Shown here piece after piece: positions 9,115 to 18,223 of a stretch of 64,000 bases of DNA. The notes below the pieces were generated by a model. The model did not search any database and was not told where the DNA came from. It worked only from the letters and a program-made list of their open reading frames with translations. The DNA lies in IMG/VR virus record IMGVR_UViG_3300035698_013060, positions 124,001 to 188,000 of that record; one strand, given 5' to 3'. The translations under genes were made by a program, and so were the position numbers. Positions within the stretch are counted from its first letter, which is position 1; every line of letters starts with the position of its first letter.

Positions 9115-10821
9115 TCAGAAAGGTCCAGCATTTCCGACAGTTCCTACGAACGATCCTGAGGACATGAACCGAGTACTTCCGGCCAGGAGACCGACAATAC
9201 TGACAGCCGTTCTCAGAGTCTCTATGTCTGCTTCGGTCGAACTGACGACCTTCGTTTCGTTGGCGGGTTCGAAATCCCCAGTGACCACGTTGTAAACCTC
9301 TTCGGAGTCAGTACACCTCTTGATGATCTCAGTACACTCAATTTCTCCGATTCCAGCATTCGCCATGATTCTGGCCACAACCTTGGTATAGGCTGTACCA
9401 ATAGCATGAAGGATTGAAGGACTACATCCTTTCTGGATTTCAGATTCAGGGACTTTGTCACCATCGCCGTAGATTCTGCTGATAATCTGCAGGACTCCCA
9501 TGCAGCAACCTGGAACGATCCCGCTCCGAGCAGCACTTTGCACTGCGAAGACAGCGTCCTCTACCAGGAAGGACGTAGTCCGACGCTCCTGAGGAGAATC
9601 TCCACCGACGAAGATGGTGATCATACCACTCTCACTCAGTCCAGAGAATCGGCGTTTGAGTCTCACCAGCTCTTCGATATTGTCCTTGACTTGATCTTCC
9701 TCGATATCCTTCAAAGCTTCCAAGATGAGAGCATGCCTCTCTTTGGCTGCATCGAAAGACTCAGGGGACATCCCGGAGAACAGAGATTTGTTCTCTTCGA
9801 TAGTGACCTCACCGACAACTCCCAAGAGCATATCGATCGTCTCGACGCTTTGGAATAGATCTTGAAGAGTAGCGTGTTCGTTGATGTCGAACGGAGTCGA
9901 TGACGTAAAAGCTACGAGATCATCGAACACCTCTCTGGCGTGGGGAGACTCGACAGCGATGTCCAACGGACAGATCACCAGCTTTTCCTGGAACTGAGCT
10001 TTGTTCTTGTATAGAAATGAGAAGAACATCTCGTCAAAAGCTGGAGCCATAATGACAAGGGCTTGGTTGGAAGCCATGCAGTGCTGCAAGAGTGGGCTGA
10101 ACATCCGAACATCGTCAGCCGTGAGCTTCTCTCTCGACATAAAGATACGGACGGCTCCGGCCGCTTTAAACTTCTCGCGGTTCTGATCGTTGGCGAAAGA
10201 GTGATGCATCATACCCCTGGGATGCTCGATACCACTCGACTCCTTGATAGAAGAGGATGGACCTGTAGCCTCCTTGACTGTGATAACTCCATGCCCACCA
10301 GACTTACTGAAGGCATCAGCAACGATAGTTCCGATTACCGGGTCGTTGTTGGCAGAGATCGTAGCAACATCCTTCAGGATTTCCTGGAATACTACGTCAG
10401 TGTATTCCCCTTTGGTGTTGTGCAGATTCACGATCTCGGAACACAGAAACTCCGAGGTCTGTTTCATCTCCCGTAGAGTGGCAGCATTGCAACCACCACT
10501 TTCAAGAAGGCTCTTGAGTAGATCAGCGGCTACCAAGACTGCTGTCGTTGTCCCATCTCCGACTGTCCTATTCAACCTGGAGGAAACCCTCTGAAGGAAA
10601 CCGAGGATTGTCCGGTCCAGCTCATTGTTGAACGCCATCTTACTCAGAACGGTATACCCGTCCTTGGTGCAGAAGTGCTGAAGCATTTGGTCCTGAATCA
10701 GGACATTACCACCACCCGGGCCGAGAGTTGCCCCTACTGCATCAGTCACATCATTCAGGACCATCACGATCCTCTCGGCTGTCTCTTCCTGCCCCAGCAG
10801 GTTGCTGTTTTTCTCTGGCAT
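9115..10821 (-). CDS. groEL: phage GroEL-like chaperonin
   Basis: TLGPGG, TKDGYTV, GDGTTT, ISANND, VGG, VEDA..A..GIVPG; no GGM tail. Confidence 0.93.
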   Translation of the reverse strand: MPEKNSNLLGQEETAERIVMVLNDVTDAVGATLGPGGGNVLIQDQMLQHFCTKDGYTVLSKMAFNNELDRTILGFLQRVSSRLNRTVGDGTTTAVLVAADLLKSLLESGGCNAATLREMKQTSEFLCSEIVNLHNTKGEYTDVVFQEILKDVATISANNDPVIGTIVADAFSKSGGHGVITVKEATGPSSSIKESSGIEHPRGMMHHSFANDQNREKFKAAGAVRIFMSREKLTADDVRMFSPLLQHCMASNQALVIMAPAFDEMFFSFLYKNKAQFQEKLVICPLDIAVESPHAREVFDDLVAFTSSTPFDINEHATLQDLFQSVETIDMLLGVVGEVTIEENKSLFSGMSPESFDAAKERHALILEALKDIEEDQVKDNIEELVRLKRRFSGLSESGMITIFVGGDSPQERRTTSFLVEDAVFAVQSAARSGIVPGCCMGVLQIISRIYGDGDKVPESEIQKGCSPSILHAIGTAYTKVVARIMANAGIGEIECTEIIKRCTDSEEVYNVVTGDFEPANETKVVSSTEADIETLRTAVSIVGLLAGSTRFMSSGSFVGTVGNAGPF

Positions 10822-10842
10822 CTCTTCTTTTCTCCTCGTTTG

Positions 10843-11304
10843 TTACGCAATGTCGAAGTCAGTCTCTTCCACGAGAGGATCCTCGTGCCCGGTGATCTTG
10901 ATCAGGAAGTATCCCGTGTCTATATCCAAGACTACACTCCTGATTCTCGCCTTGCTCTTAAAATTCTCTATCTGAGTCTGGATCCACTCAACGATTAGAG
11001 AAGATTCCATCACTGGGATGGTGAAGATCAAGTTTTTGAATTCATGACTTTCAGCGTCATAAGGGTCTAGGTCGACTTCTTCATGAAGTCTTAGACTCTT
11101 GAATCCTTCTCCCACTTCTACTTCCCCGTGTTCCAAGCCCAGCGACTCCTCGATCCATACGAGGAACTCGCTGAGCACTTGGTAGTTCCTGTAGAACTCC
11201 AGACTGTCAGAATAGTTTTGGAGGTCCAGTTCTGGATCCTCTCCGTCAGATACATCAGTCAACTTCTTCAGGTATGGCATTCTTTCCTGGTGAGTCGTCC
11301 CCAT
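10843..11304 (-). CDS. acidic hypothetical protein
   Basis: GGGAG SD before ATG 11304. Confidence 0.7.
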   Translation of the reverse strand: MGTTHQERMPYLKKLTDVSDGEDPELDLQNYSDSLEFYRNYQVLSEFLVWIEESLGLEHGEVEVGEGFKSLRLHEEVDLDPYDAESHEFKNLIFTIPVMESSLIVEWIQTQIENFKSKARIRSVVLDIDTGYFLIKITGHEDPLVEETDFDIA

Positions 11305-11422
11305 TACAAACCTTTCTCCCTTCTGCTTTAAGGAGAGAGACCAGCTCTGAGAGCTGGCCCCTCGCAAGTTTTAGTAGGCCCCTACATTTAGCGAGCCGGA
11401 CCCTACCACGACGGAGGCGGCG

Positions 11423-11626
11423 TTACCTCCTCTGCTTCCTAGCGTTAGCGGCTTCTTGCCGCTTACGCTCGCGTTCCTGATCTTCCATGATCTCACGCCG
11501 CCTCTTGTCCTTCTCTTCAAGCAACCGAGATCGGGCCTCTCCTAGCCGCTGGAGAGTTCCGATCTCATAGCGTTCAAAGACGTCTTCGAGACTAAGCTGC
11601 CCCTCGAAGACGTCCATATAGAACAC
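11423..11626 (-). CDS. gpT-like downstream frame of a tail/baseplate assembly chaperone
   Basis: -1 frame relative to the upstream gene, open from just before GGTTTTT; no SD of its own. Confidence 0.6.
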   Translation of the reverse strand: MFYMDVFEGQLSLEDVFERYEIGTLQRLGEARSRLLEEKDKRRREIMEDQERERKRQEAANARKQRR

Positions 11627-13161
11627 TACGTCGTCTGATTGTCGCTTGTTGAAGGCGTCGAGGTCTGCTCCATCCGAAAAACCAATAGCCGCTCAATGTC
11701 GATATTGATGTCTCCGATGTCCTCTTTACACGAAGGACATGGCATAGCCTTGAGACGGTGAGAAACTGAGTACTCACTTTCCTTCTCGTTGATGCATCTG
11801 TTCAATTCATCAGCATCTTCGGAAGGAAGATCACAGACAACCCTGAACTTCTCAGCCCAGTCTTCGAGAGGGGCGAACACGGGTTTTCCGGTCCTCCTGA
11901 TTGCTTCGATGTTGGGCAGGAACACGTCCTTAATATATATCATCGAACCAAAGGTCTCCCTCTGGCCTTTGATATTACTTGCACTGGTGTAGAAGCCAAG
12001 CATGTTCAAGTGGTCTTGAAGACTGGCCGTACGGACATCGATGACCACTTTGGACTTCGGGAGGATGATTCTTTTCGTCCTGTGGACCAGTGAACGCCCA
12101 AGGAGTTCCATGGGCTTGATCTGGGACTTAATGACCTCATCGATCCACGCAAAGATGGCATCGTCATGTACTTTGATGAACGACGCGGGTTTGACCTTCA
12201 CTTGCACCGGCCTGTGACACTTACCACATGTTACTGTGAATTCAGTGTCGCCTGGATAGGTCTGACAGAAGATGCCAAAGAGAAGCGTATCGAGGTCATC
12301 GAAGGCCGTGACCTTCAAGAACTCAGTAAACGTCATTTCACCAACACTGCAAGGGCCGATCTTGTCATGGACGGTGGAGTAGAACCGCTTCCGCTCATTG
12401 AGTGGGTCAGCACTACTGTTTCGTAGGACATCCTTGTCTTTGAACGTCAACCCTTTCATTCCAGCTGAGTAAGCCGAACGCAGAGCGATCACTTGGTATG
12501 TTGCATCGGTTTCGAGAGCGGTCTGAGCAAACTTGTTCCGTTGAATCAGGTTCGCTTCCTGGATGTCCAGCTGACTCAGATCTACTACGAGAGAATCGAG
12601 GATTTCTCTGTCAGGATTCGGGATAGAATCCCCACCTGATTTCTTTTCAGAGTCCTTCTTCTCTTGGGCTTGTTGATTGGCTGTATCGTATGCAGCTTCC
12701 AAGAAGTTAGGAGTCCCTTCCGGAGCCTTAACGATCTTTTCAGGCTCGGGTGCCAATTCCAGTACCGGAGTAGTATCTTTCAGTCTTTCATCGGATTTAA
12801 CTACCACTTCTGGCTCTCCCTTTTTCGGTTCGATTTTTGTCCCTGGACCAGTCTCTACATCAATCACTGGACCAGTCTCTACAGTAGTCTCTATACCGGT
12901 CTCTACGACAGTTCCTGATTCCGGAAGGTCTTCAACCACTGAATCTCTCAGAGATGCTTCAGCCCGGGCCCTCGCAGTTTCCATCGGGTTGACAGCAGCC
13001 TCTCCATCTTCAGGGTACTGTACTGTACTCGAAGATTCGGCTCTGGCCTTAACCTCTAATTCCTTGCGCGTCTTCTCGAGTTTCTTCCGATCAACCGGAG
13101 GCTTGCGTCTCATTGGGGCTTCTTCGGAGGATCCTTGAGTGTTACTTGCTTCGTTTGCCAT
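11626..13161 (-). CDS. baseplate hub/tail assembly chaperone (T4 gp26/gp51-like or gpG-like)
   Basis: GLTFKD..L, D.D.LLFGI, VTCGKC and CPSC Zn ribbons; long acidic N-terminus; GGGAG SD at ATG 13161. Confidence 0.65.
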   Translation of the reverse strand: MANEASNTQGSSEEAPMRRKPPVDRKKLEKTRKELEVKARAESSSTVQYPEDGEAAVNPMETARARAEASLRDSVVEDLPESGTVVETGIETTVETGPVIDVETGPGTKIEPKKGEPEVVVKSDERLKDTTPVLELAPEPEKIVKAPEGTPNFLEAAYDTANQQAQEKKDSEKKSGGDSIPNPDREILDSLVVDLSQLDIQEANLIQRNKFAQTALETDATYQVIALRSAYSAGMKGLTFKDKDVLRNSSADPLNERKRFYSTVHDKIGPCSVGEMTFTEFLKVTAFDDLDTLLFGIFCQTYPGDTEFTVTCGKCHRPVQVKVKPASFIKVHDDAIFAWIDEVIKSQIKPMELLGRSLVHRTKRIILPKSKVVIDVRTASLQDHLNMLGFYTSASNIKGQRETFGSMIYIKDVFLPNIEAIRRTGKPVFAPLEDWAEKFRVVCDLPSEDADELNRCINEKESEYSVSHRLKAMPCPSCKEDIGDINIDIERLLVFRMEQTSTPSTSDNQTT

Positions 13162-13197
13162 GTCGGAGTATCTCCCGTTTTTCAGTTGGATTCTTCG

Positions 13198-13210
13198 CAA
13201 TTACCATGTT
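13198..13210 (-). promoter_or_regulatory. late promoter variant AACA-TGGTAAT-TG
   Basis: N7 spacing variant upstream of ATG 13161. Confidence 0.45.
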
Positions 13211-13228
13211 CCGCGTGGGATTTCCGCG

Positions 13229-13660
13229 CTAAACGAAGAACTCACCGTGAGTCGTTCCGTCGTCTTCTTTGAAGACTTGGTATATGATCGCCTTTACGCC
13301 ATCGAGGGCTTTCTGTAAAGTTATCACTACATTAAGGACGCTGGTGGCTCTCTCGATTGTCTCAGCCTCAGCCTTCGCTACCGTTACCTTTTCGATGAGG
13401 ATATCAGGTAGATATTCTCTCAACTGAGTCGAGATCCTAAGCTCAAGCCTAGCGATGAGTCCGTCGTCTAAGATCTCGAATAGGTAAGTTCCAATACCAA
13501 CCCCCATGTCGAAATTATCGACACAAGTTCCTGGTTCCATCAGCAATAGCACTTGAGCTCTGGCTGCTATAGCCTGAAGCCCACTGTGATATGCACTTCG
13601 CCTGAAGCTGTCGATTGACAATCTCAGCTCCGGCATGACTTTCGTCCTGTCTCCGGCCAT
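13229..13660 (-). CDS. baseplate wedge protein, gp25-like
   Basis: LLLMEPG..V...DMGVGIGTYLFE...I..QL..YLP pattern. Confidence 0.75.
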   Translation of the reverse strand: MAGDRTKVMPELRLSIDSFRRSAYHSGLQAIAARAQVLLLMEPGTCVDNFDMGVGIGTYLFEILDDGLIARLELRISTQLREYLPDILIEKVTVAKAEAETIERATSVLNVVITLQKALDGVKAIIYQVFKEDDGTTHGEFFV

Positions 13661-13701
13661 GTCACTTGGCTCCTTTTGAATAATTCCCGGATCTATGTTG
13701 C

Positions 13702-13713
13702 CAATGTTCTGTT
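13702..13713 (-). promoter_or_regulatory. late promoter AACA-GAACAT-TG
   Basis: leftward member of a divergent pair. Confidence 0.65.
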
Positions 13714-13783
13714 ACCCGCATGCGAGAAAGCTCCGGAATGAGGGCCTGGTCTCAGCGAAGAAACGCCATTCCATAGAGTCAGC

Positions 13784-13795
13784 AACAACCCATTA
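13784..13795 (+). promoter_or_regulatory. late promoter AACA-ACCCAT-TA
   Basis: rightward member of a divergent pair. Confidence 0.65.
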
Positions 13796-13848
13796 ACGAT
13801 CCAGGGTGAAAGCCCATCCCGGAAAGAGATATACGGAGGCGCAAGCCC

Positions 13849-14580
13849 ATGAGTAGACCTAGAAAATGCCCACTTTGTCGTTCGAAGTTTGTGTCGCAAT
13901 CGACCCTGGAAGGGCACCTCCGAAAGCATCACGAAAAAGAGCTTGGAGGAATGAGCCCCGCTAGGTACATCTTCAATATCAGGAATAACAAGACCCGTGG
14001 TACCTGCATCATCTGTGGTAAAGAGTCAGAATTCAACGAACATACCAAGAAGTACAATAGGCTCTGTAACAGACCGATGTGCCGAGAGCGGTACATCAAG
14101 ATGTTCCGTGAGAGAATGCAACGGAAGTACGGGAAGACCCATCTTTTGGACGATCCTGATGTTCAGAAGAAGATGCTAGCTCGCAGAGGAATTTCTGGTG
14201 AGTATGGTTGGAGTGACGGAACTCCAATGACATTTACTGGACAGTATGAAGAGGAGTTTCTCAAGTACTGTGATATCTTCCTGAACCTTCCGAGTGCTGA
14301 CGTCATCGCCCCATGTCCCTTCCCTGTGGAGTACAACCACGGCGGGAAGAAGCATATCTACCTTGCTGACTTCTTCTTTCCTTCTCTTGATCTGGTCATC
14401 GAAATCAAGGCCACTGATAACAAGGGATACAGAGAGAGGGACATTGAAACTGAGAGGGTTAAAGACAAAGCCATGGTCATGAGCAATCACCATTACTTGA
14501 AAGTGGCTGACAAGAACTATGACGAGTTCTTAGAGGGTCTTATAGAAGGGCGTTGGACTAAGAAGAAATTCAAGAAGTAG
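13849..14580 (+). CDS. C2H2 zinc finger plus PD-(D/E)XK nuclease (TnsA-N / T4 gp4 head-completion-like)
   Basis: CPLC..F.....L..H...H; CIIC..C..C; YLADFF...VIEIK. Confidence 0.8.
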   Translation: MSRPRKCPLCRSKFVSQSTLEGHLRKHHEKELGGMSPARYIFNIRNNKTRGTCIICGKESEFNEHTKKYNRLCNRPMCRERYIKMFRERMQRKYGKTHLLDDPDVQKKMLARRGISGEYGWSDGTPMTFTGQYEEEFLKYCDIFLNLPSADVIAPCPFPVEYNHGGKKHIYLADFFFPSLDLVIEIKATDNKGYRERDIETERVKDKAMVMSNHHYLKVADKNYDEFLEGLIEGRWTKKKFKK

Positions 14581-14600
14581 AAGAAAGATTGCCGAAATCT

Positions 14601-14613
14601 AGACATATATTAC
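14601..14613 (+). promoter_or_regulatory. early promoter AGACATATATTAC
   Basis: contains TATATTAC, the phiKZ early motif as I recall it. Confidence 0.6.
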
Positions 14614-14619
14614 ATCGAC

Positions 14620-14650
14620 AAAGGGATTCCGCTTTAGCGGAATCCCTTTT
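14620..14650. terminator. bidirectional terminator
   Basis: aaagggattccgc-ttta-gcggaatcccttt. Confidence 0.85.
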
Positions 14651-14676
14651 ACTTATCACCGAAACAACAGGACGAA

Positions 14677-14688
14677 AACACTAGATAG
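14677..14688 (+). promoter_or_regulatory. late promoter variant AACA-CTAGAT-AG
   Basis: directly before the AAGGAG SD. Confidence 0.55.
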
Positions 14689-14702
14689 AAGGAGATAACA
14701 CC

Positions 14703-15806
14703 ATGTCAGTTCTAGCTCCCATACTCATATCCAAAATGATCAAGTACGAGAGACTCTCGGAGATTCTGTACCCCTACGGTGACGTTACCGGAGAGGTCAA
14801 TCTGTTCATAGACGTTAGAAGTATCGTTGGTCCACTCTTTACGGAACGATTCAAAGATCTTGGCGAAGTCCTTGATAGAGACGAAGGTCCTTTGTTGTGT
14901 TCTCAGCTCGTCAACCTGTGTGGTCACTACAGAAATTACTTCTGGACCAGACAAGGAGCTAAGACTAACGTTATCATGTTCTACTCGAACCAGGTAAGCG
15001 ACCGATGTCTCAAGCTCGAGCCAACGTACAAAGCCGATTTCAGAGATAGTCGTAACCCTGAAGGAGAGTACTCAGCTACATCAATCTACGTCAATACGAA
15101 TCTGGACCTGCTTAAGTCCATATCTGAAAGGATACCATACGTCTACCTATTGGATACAGGCCAAATGGATCCAGTTGCTCTCCCGTACATGATCCTTTCT
15201 GAGAGGCCCTTCACAGGACATCCTTCTTTGTTGTTGAGTAACAACAAGGTCTACATGCAGTACATTGGGCTCGGACTGGACTGTCACATTCTGACCCTCA
15301 AAGGAGATCACTCTAGGGTTGTTACCAAACTGGATGTATTTAACTACCTGACAGATGGGAAGCACGACGGTGGACCTCTTGGGGTTTCTATGATCCTTCC
15401 AGCTCTGTCCATAGCTGGAACCGCTAACAAGACAGGACTGAGAGGTTGGAGCAGATTTGGTCTGTTGAAAGCGGTGAAGTACCTGGAGAAACTGGCCAAT
15501 GAGCGAGTGATCGTCCAGGGGACTCCGTACGACGCAGCATCATTCTGTAAGGAGTTGGAGAAACTTACCATTAAGGAGCCAGGTAGGATCTCCAAGTTGA
15601 GACGGGAGTGGGAGGCTATCGATGCCACCCGCAATCTGGAGGACGCTGGACCAGCCCTGGCTGAGGCCATCAGAAACCAGATAGTCAACAAGGAGGATAC
15701 TGACTCCCTCTACGCGGCCAACCACAGACATTTCAGCGAGAACCCAATGAAACTCTCTCACCTCTTTGGAGGAGAAGAGAGGACGTACCGTAGAAGGAAG
15801 GCTTAA
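14703..15806 (+). CDS. 5'-3' exonuclease/FEN (PIN)-fold protein, active site apparently degenerate
   Basis: LFID, YKADFR, HhH-like GLRGW.RFG..KA.K; EADD and SxDxD positions appear replaced by MDP and LSNN. Confidence 0.55.
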   Translation: MSVLAPILISKMIKYERLSEILYPYGDVTGEVNLFIDVRSIVGPLFTERFKDLGEVLDRDEGPLLCSQLVNLCGHYRNYFWTRQGAKTNVIMFYSNQVSDRCLKLEPTYKADFRDSRNPEGEYSATSIYVNTNLDLLKSISERIPYVYLLDTGQMDPVALPYMILSERPFTGHPSLLLSNNKVYMQYIGLGLDCHILTLKGDHSRVVTKLDVFNYLTDGKHDGGPLGVSMILPALSIAGTANKTGLRGWSRFGLLKAVKYLEKLANERVIVQGTPYDAASFCKELEKLTIKEPGRISKLRREWEAIDATRNLEDAGPALAEAIRNQIVNKEDTDSLYAANHRHFSENPMKLSHLFGGEERTYRRRKA

Positions 15807-15808
15807 AC

Positions 15809-17134
15809 ATGGCCATTATAGGTAAAGAGAACGTCAGAGAAGCTGATGCCAATATCACTACGGCGTGGAATCAGTATGGTGTAAAGTTTCAGGCCGTTAT
15901 CCAAGGGGATGAAGAACCCTTGGACTTGACTGATCGCTTTGTAACGGTAGTCATGCACTACAACTTCTCTGAAGCAGTCTTTGCATACTTGATGGTGGAA
16001 CTTCGTCTAACAAAGGCGGAACACCTCCGACTTCAGGAACACTCAGACGACGTTCTCTTTACCATAGGAATAAACAAGTTCGATCCGACCGGTGAAACCC
16101 CCGAAGAGTACCATCTCAACTACTATGACGGGGTCTTGCTGAAGCCCATCGACATCTCTAAGGAAGTTATAGAACCTACCGATGAGCTAAATGCGGACGA
16201 TAGCTCGGACCAAGCTGATTCGATGCCACAGTATCCAATGAAGCTCTTTCTCTTCAAGAGAGAACATCTGTATTTCAATAAGACGCTGTGCAGTGGAATC
16301 TTCGCGGAGACTACGCTGTACGACGTCATGTTGTATATGATCAACCAGAACTTCGCTCGGACGGAGATGGACTTTCACATAGGGTCCTTCCATAACCAGA
16401 AGATCTACGAGCAGATCATAGTACCGCCGACAACGTTTGTAGGAGCTGTCAGGTACCTACAGAAAGCCTACGGGATCTACAATAACGGGATCGATCTCTT
16501 CTTCGATTTCAAGGACGTCTGGATCTTGGATAGGAACGCTGTAATTGGGGGAGCTCCGGTCAGTGGTATAACTACAAATGTAGTTATAGAACTGTATTCG
16601 GAGAAAGAGGGAGACAGATCAGCGCTTCCTTCTAGACAGATGACATTCTATGACGCTAAAGCGGATTCCTACGTCGTCAGAACGATCTCCACACCTGGAC
16701 TATCCAGGCCCCATAACTCCCAGAAGGAGATCTACGGGGAAAGGGCAATCGTCAGGAGTAGCACGCAGAAGACTGATGTTGAAAAGAACTTCTTGGATCT
16801 TACATTCGGAACAACTCCGAATGACAACAGACGTCTCAAAGAAGCTGTGTATTGGAACCCGTTCTCACATCCGCAACTAGAGTCCGAGTTCAAGGTAGAG
16901 GCATCTAAGAACTTTCAGACGATCGAATTAGTCATAAGAGACGCCGATCTGGAGGTCTTCGCACTGAACCGTAAATACACCATAATAGACAAAAACGACT
17001 CTTTCGACATGGACCTGGGAGGGGAGTACCGAATAGCAGACCTGGAGTTCATCCTTAACCCAAGGGGAGGTGGACGCGGGACTATCGGAGCGTACGCCCG
17101 TATCAGGCTTCGGAGGATCATACAAACAGAGTAG
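15809..17134 (+). CDS. virion structural protein, probable baseplate hub (gp27-like)
   Basis: YEQIIVPP...AVRYLQ..YGIY..G..LFFD; C-terminal GEYRI...EF. Confidence 0.55.
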   Translation: MAIIGKENVREADANITTAWNQYGVKFQAVIQGDEEPLDLTDRFVTVVMHYNFSEAVFAYLMVELRLTKAEHLRLQEHSDDVLFTIGINKFDPTGETPEEYHLNYYDGVLLKPIDISKEVIEPTDELNADDSSDQADSMPQYPMKLFLFKREHLYFNKTLCSGIFAETTLYDVMLYMINQNFARTEMDFHIGSFHNQKIYEQIIVPPTTFVGAVRYLQKAYGIYNNGIDLFFDFKDVWILDRNAVIGGAPVSGITTNVVIELYSEKEGDRSALPSRQMTFYDAKADSYVVRTISTPGLSRPHNSQKEIYGERAIVRSSTQKTDVEKNFLDLTFGTTPNDNRRLKEAVYWNPFSHPQLESEFKVEASKNFQTIELVIRDADLEVFALNRKYTIIDKNDSFDMDLGGEYRIADLEFILNPRGGGRGTIGAYARIRLRRIIQTE

Positions 17135-17142
17135 GAAACAAT

Positions 17143-17430
17143 ATGAAGAACGATCACTTTGCTCAGCTGGTTAAACAGCTACAGGCTGAGGAGGATGGAG
17201 AGCCTCTTTCAGTTAAGGATATATTCGAAGCCATGGGAATGATGGACCCAGTGGTCGGCATATACTCCGAGCTCTACGACTCCGGAGTCATTGGCATCGA
17301 AGAAGCCCTCCTTAGGTCCATCTCCCACCTGTCGTTAATTGCCAAGCAAGGTGCCCAACAGAACGCCTACCTGTGTGATAAGATACGGATGATCCATGAT
17401 TCTGGGTTGAGAGTGATCAATGTGAACTGA
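17143..17430 (+). CDS. hypothetical protein (95 aa)
   Basis: AGGA SD; operon context. Confidence 0.65.
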   Translation: MKNDHFAQLVKQLQAEEDGEPLSVKDIFEAMGMMDPVVGIYSELYDSGVIGIEEALLRSISHLSLIAKQGAQQNAYLCDKIRMIHDSGLRVINVN

Positions 17431-17447
17431 TGTTTCCATCTGGAAAC

Positions 17448-17483
17448 TTTATGTCTCAACGCCATTGGCGTTGAGGCGTAAAT
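17448..17483. terminator. hairpin / terminator
   Basis: tttatgtctcaacgcc-att-ggcgttgaggcgtaaa. Confidence 0.6.
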
Positions 17484-17495
17484 ACTGTCTCTTTC

Positions 17496-17507
17496 AACAC
17501 ATATTAT
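17496..17507 (+). promoter_or_regulatory. early promoter AACACATATTAT
   Basis: ATATTA core after a terminator, before a stand-alone gene. Confidence 0.6.
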
Positions 17508-17584
17508 GTACGTACATCGGAAACCTTCTGGTGTAATCGGGCGGAACCGATCAAACTACCAATTCCAAGAGGAGTATCATCATC

Positions 17585-18130
17585 ATGGAAGTCATGGACA
17601 AAATTCGTAAAGCCATCGACCCGTTCTACACCCCCTCAGGTGTCACCCCCCATCCGTACGTACGTACAGGAACTCCAGCGCATGCGGAATTCGTGACGGA
17701 ACGGAACGAGGCGGAAGTGGGGCTGAAAGGCCTCATGGACGAATCCCTTCCCACAGTCGAGGCCTTCGCCAAAGCCGAGGCCTTCGCCAAAGCCGCAGCT
17801 GCAGCTTTCGACTCAATGCCCAGCAGAAAATCGTTGGAAGGAAAGGTAAAGGAAGCCAAAGCCAAAGCCGAGACCATTCCAGTCACCGCAACCGAAACTG
17901 CCAAGACCACCGCCACCCAAGCGGTAGTTGCAGCCGAAGCAGCTATCGTGGCGTTCACGGACAGTGAGAAAGCGTTGATCGAGGCAGATAAGGCAGTCGT
18001 CGATTCCGAGAAGGCTAACGAGCCGTTCTTGAAGGCCATCAGGATCCAAGAAGCGTACATCGTATCTCGGTTCGGGAGCAGCGAGGTTGACTCGCCGATC
18101 CTGGCCGAACTGGAAATCCTCGGAATCTAA
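17585..18130 (+). CDS. Ala-rich helical early protein (181 aa)
   Basis: GAGGAG SD; C/G-ending codons; EAFAKA tandem duplication. Confidence 0.8.
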   Translation: MEVMDKIRKAIDPFYTPSGVTPHPYVRTGTPAHAEFVTERNEAEVGLKGLMDESLPTVEAFAKAEAFAKAAAAAFDSMPSRKSLEGKVKEAKAKAETIPVTATETAKTTATQAVVAAEAAIVAFTDSEKALIEADKAVVDSEKANEPFLKAIRIQEAYIVSRFGSSEVDSPILAELEILGI

Positions 18131-18156
18131 ACCTTCCGCCCCCAAAGCAGTACGAA

Positions 18157-18184
18157 GGCCTCACCCGCTCGAGCGGGTGAGGCC
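18157..18184. terminator. palindromic hairpin between convergent genes
   Basis: perfect 28-nt palindrome ggcctcacccgctcgagcgggtgaggcc. Confidence 0.75.
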
Positions 18185-18223
18185 AACGTCTGTCTTCGTC
18201 TTCTTCAACAGGACGGGAACGAC

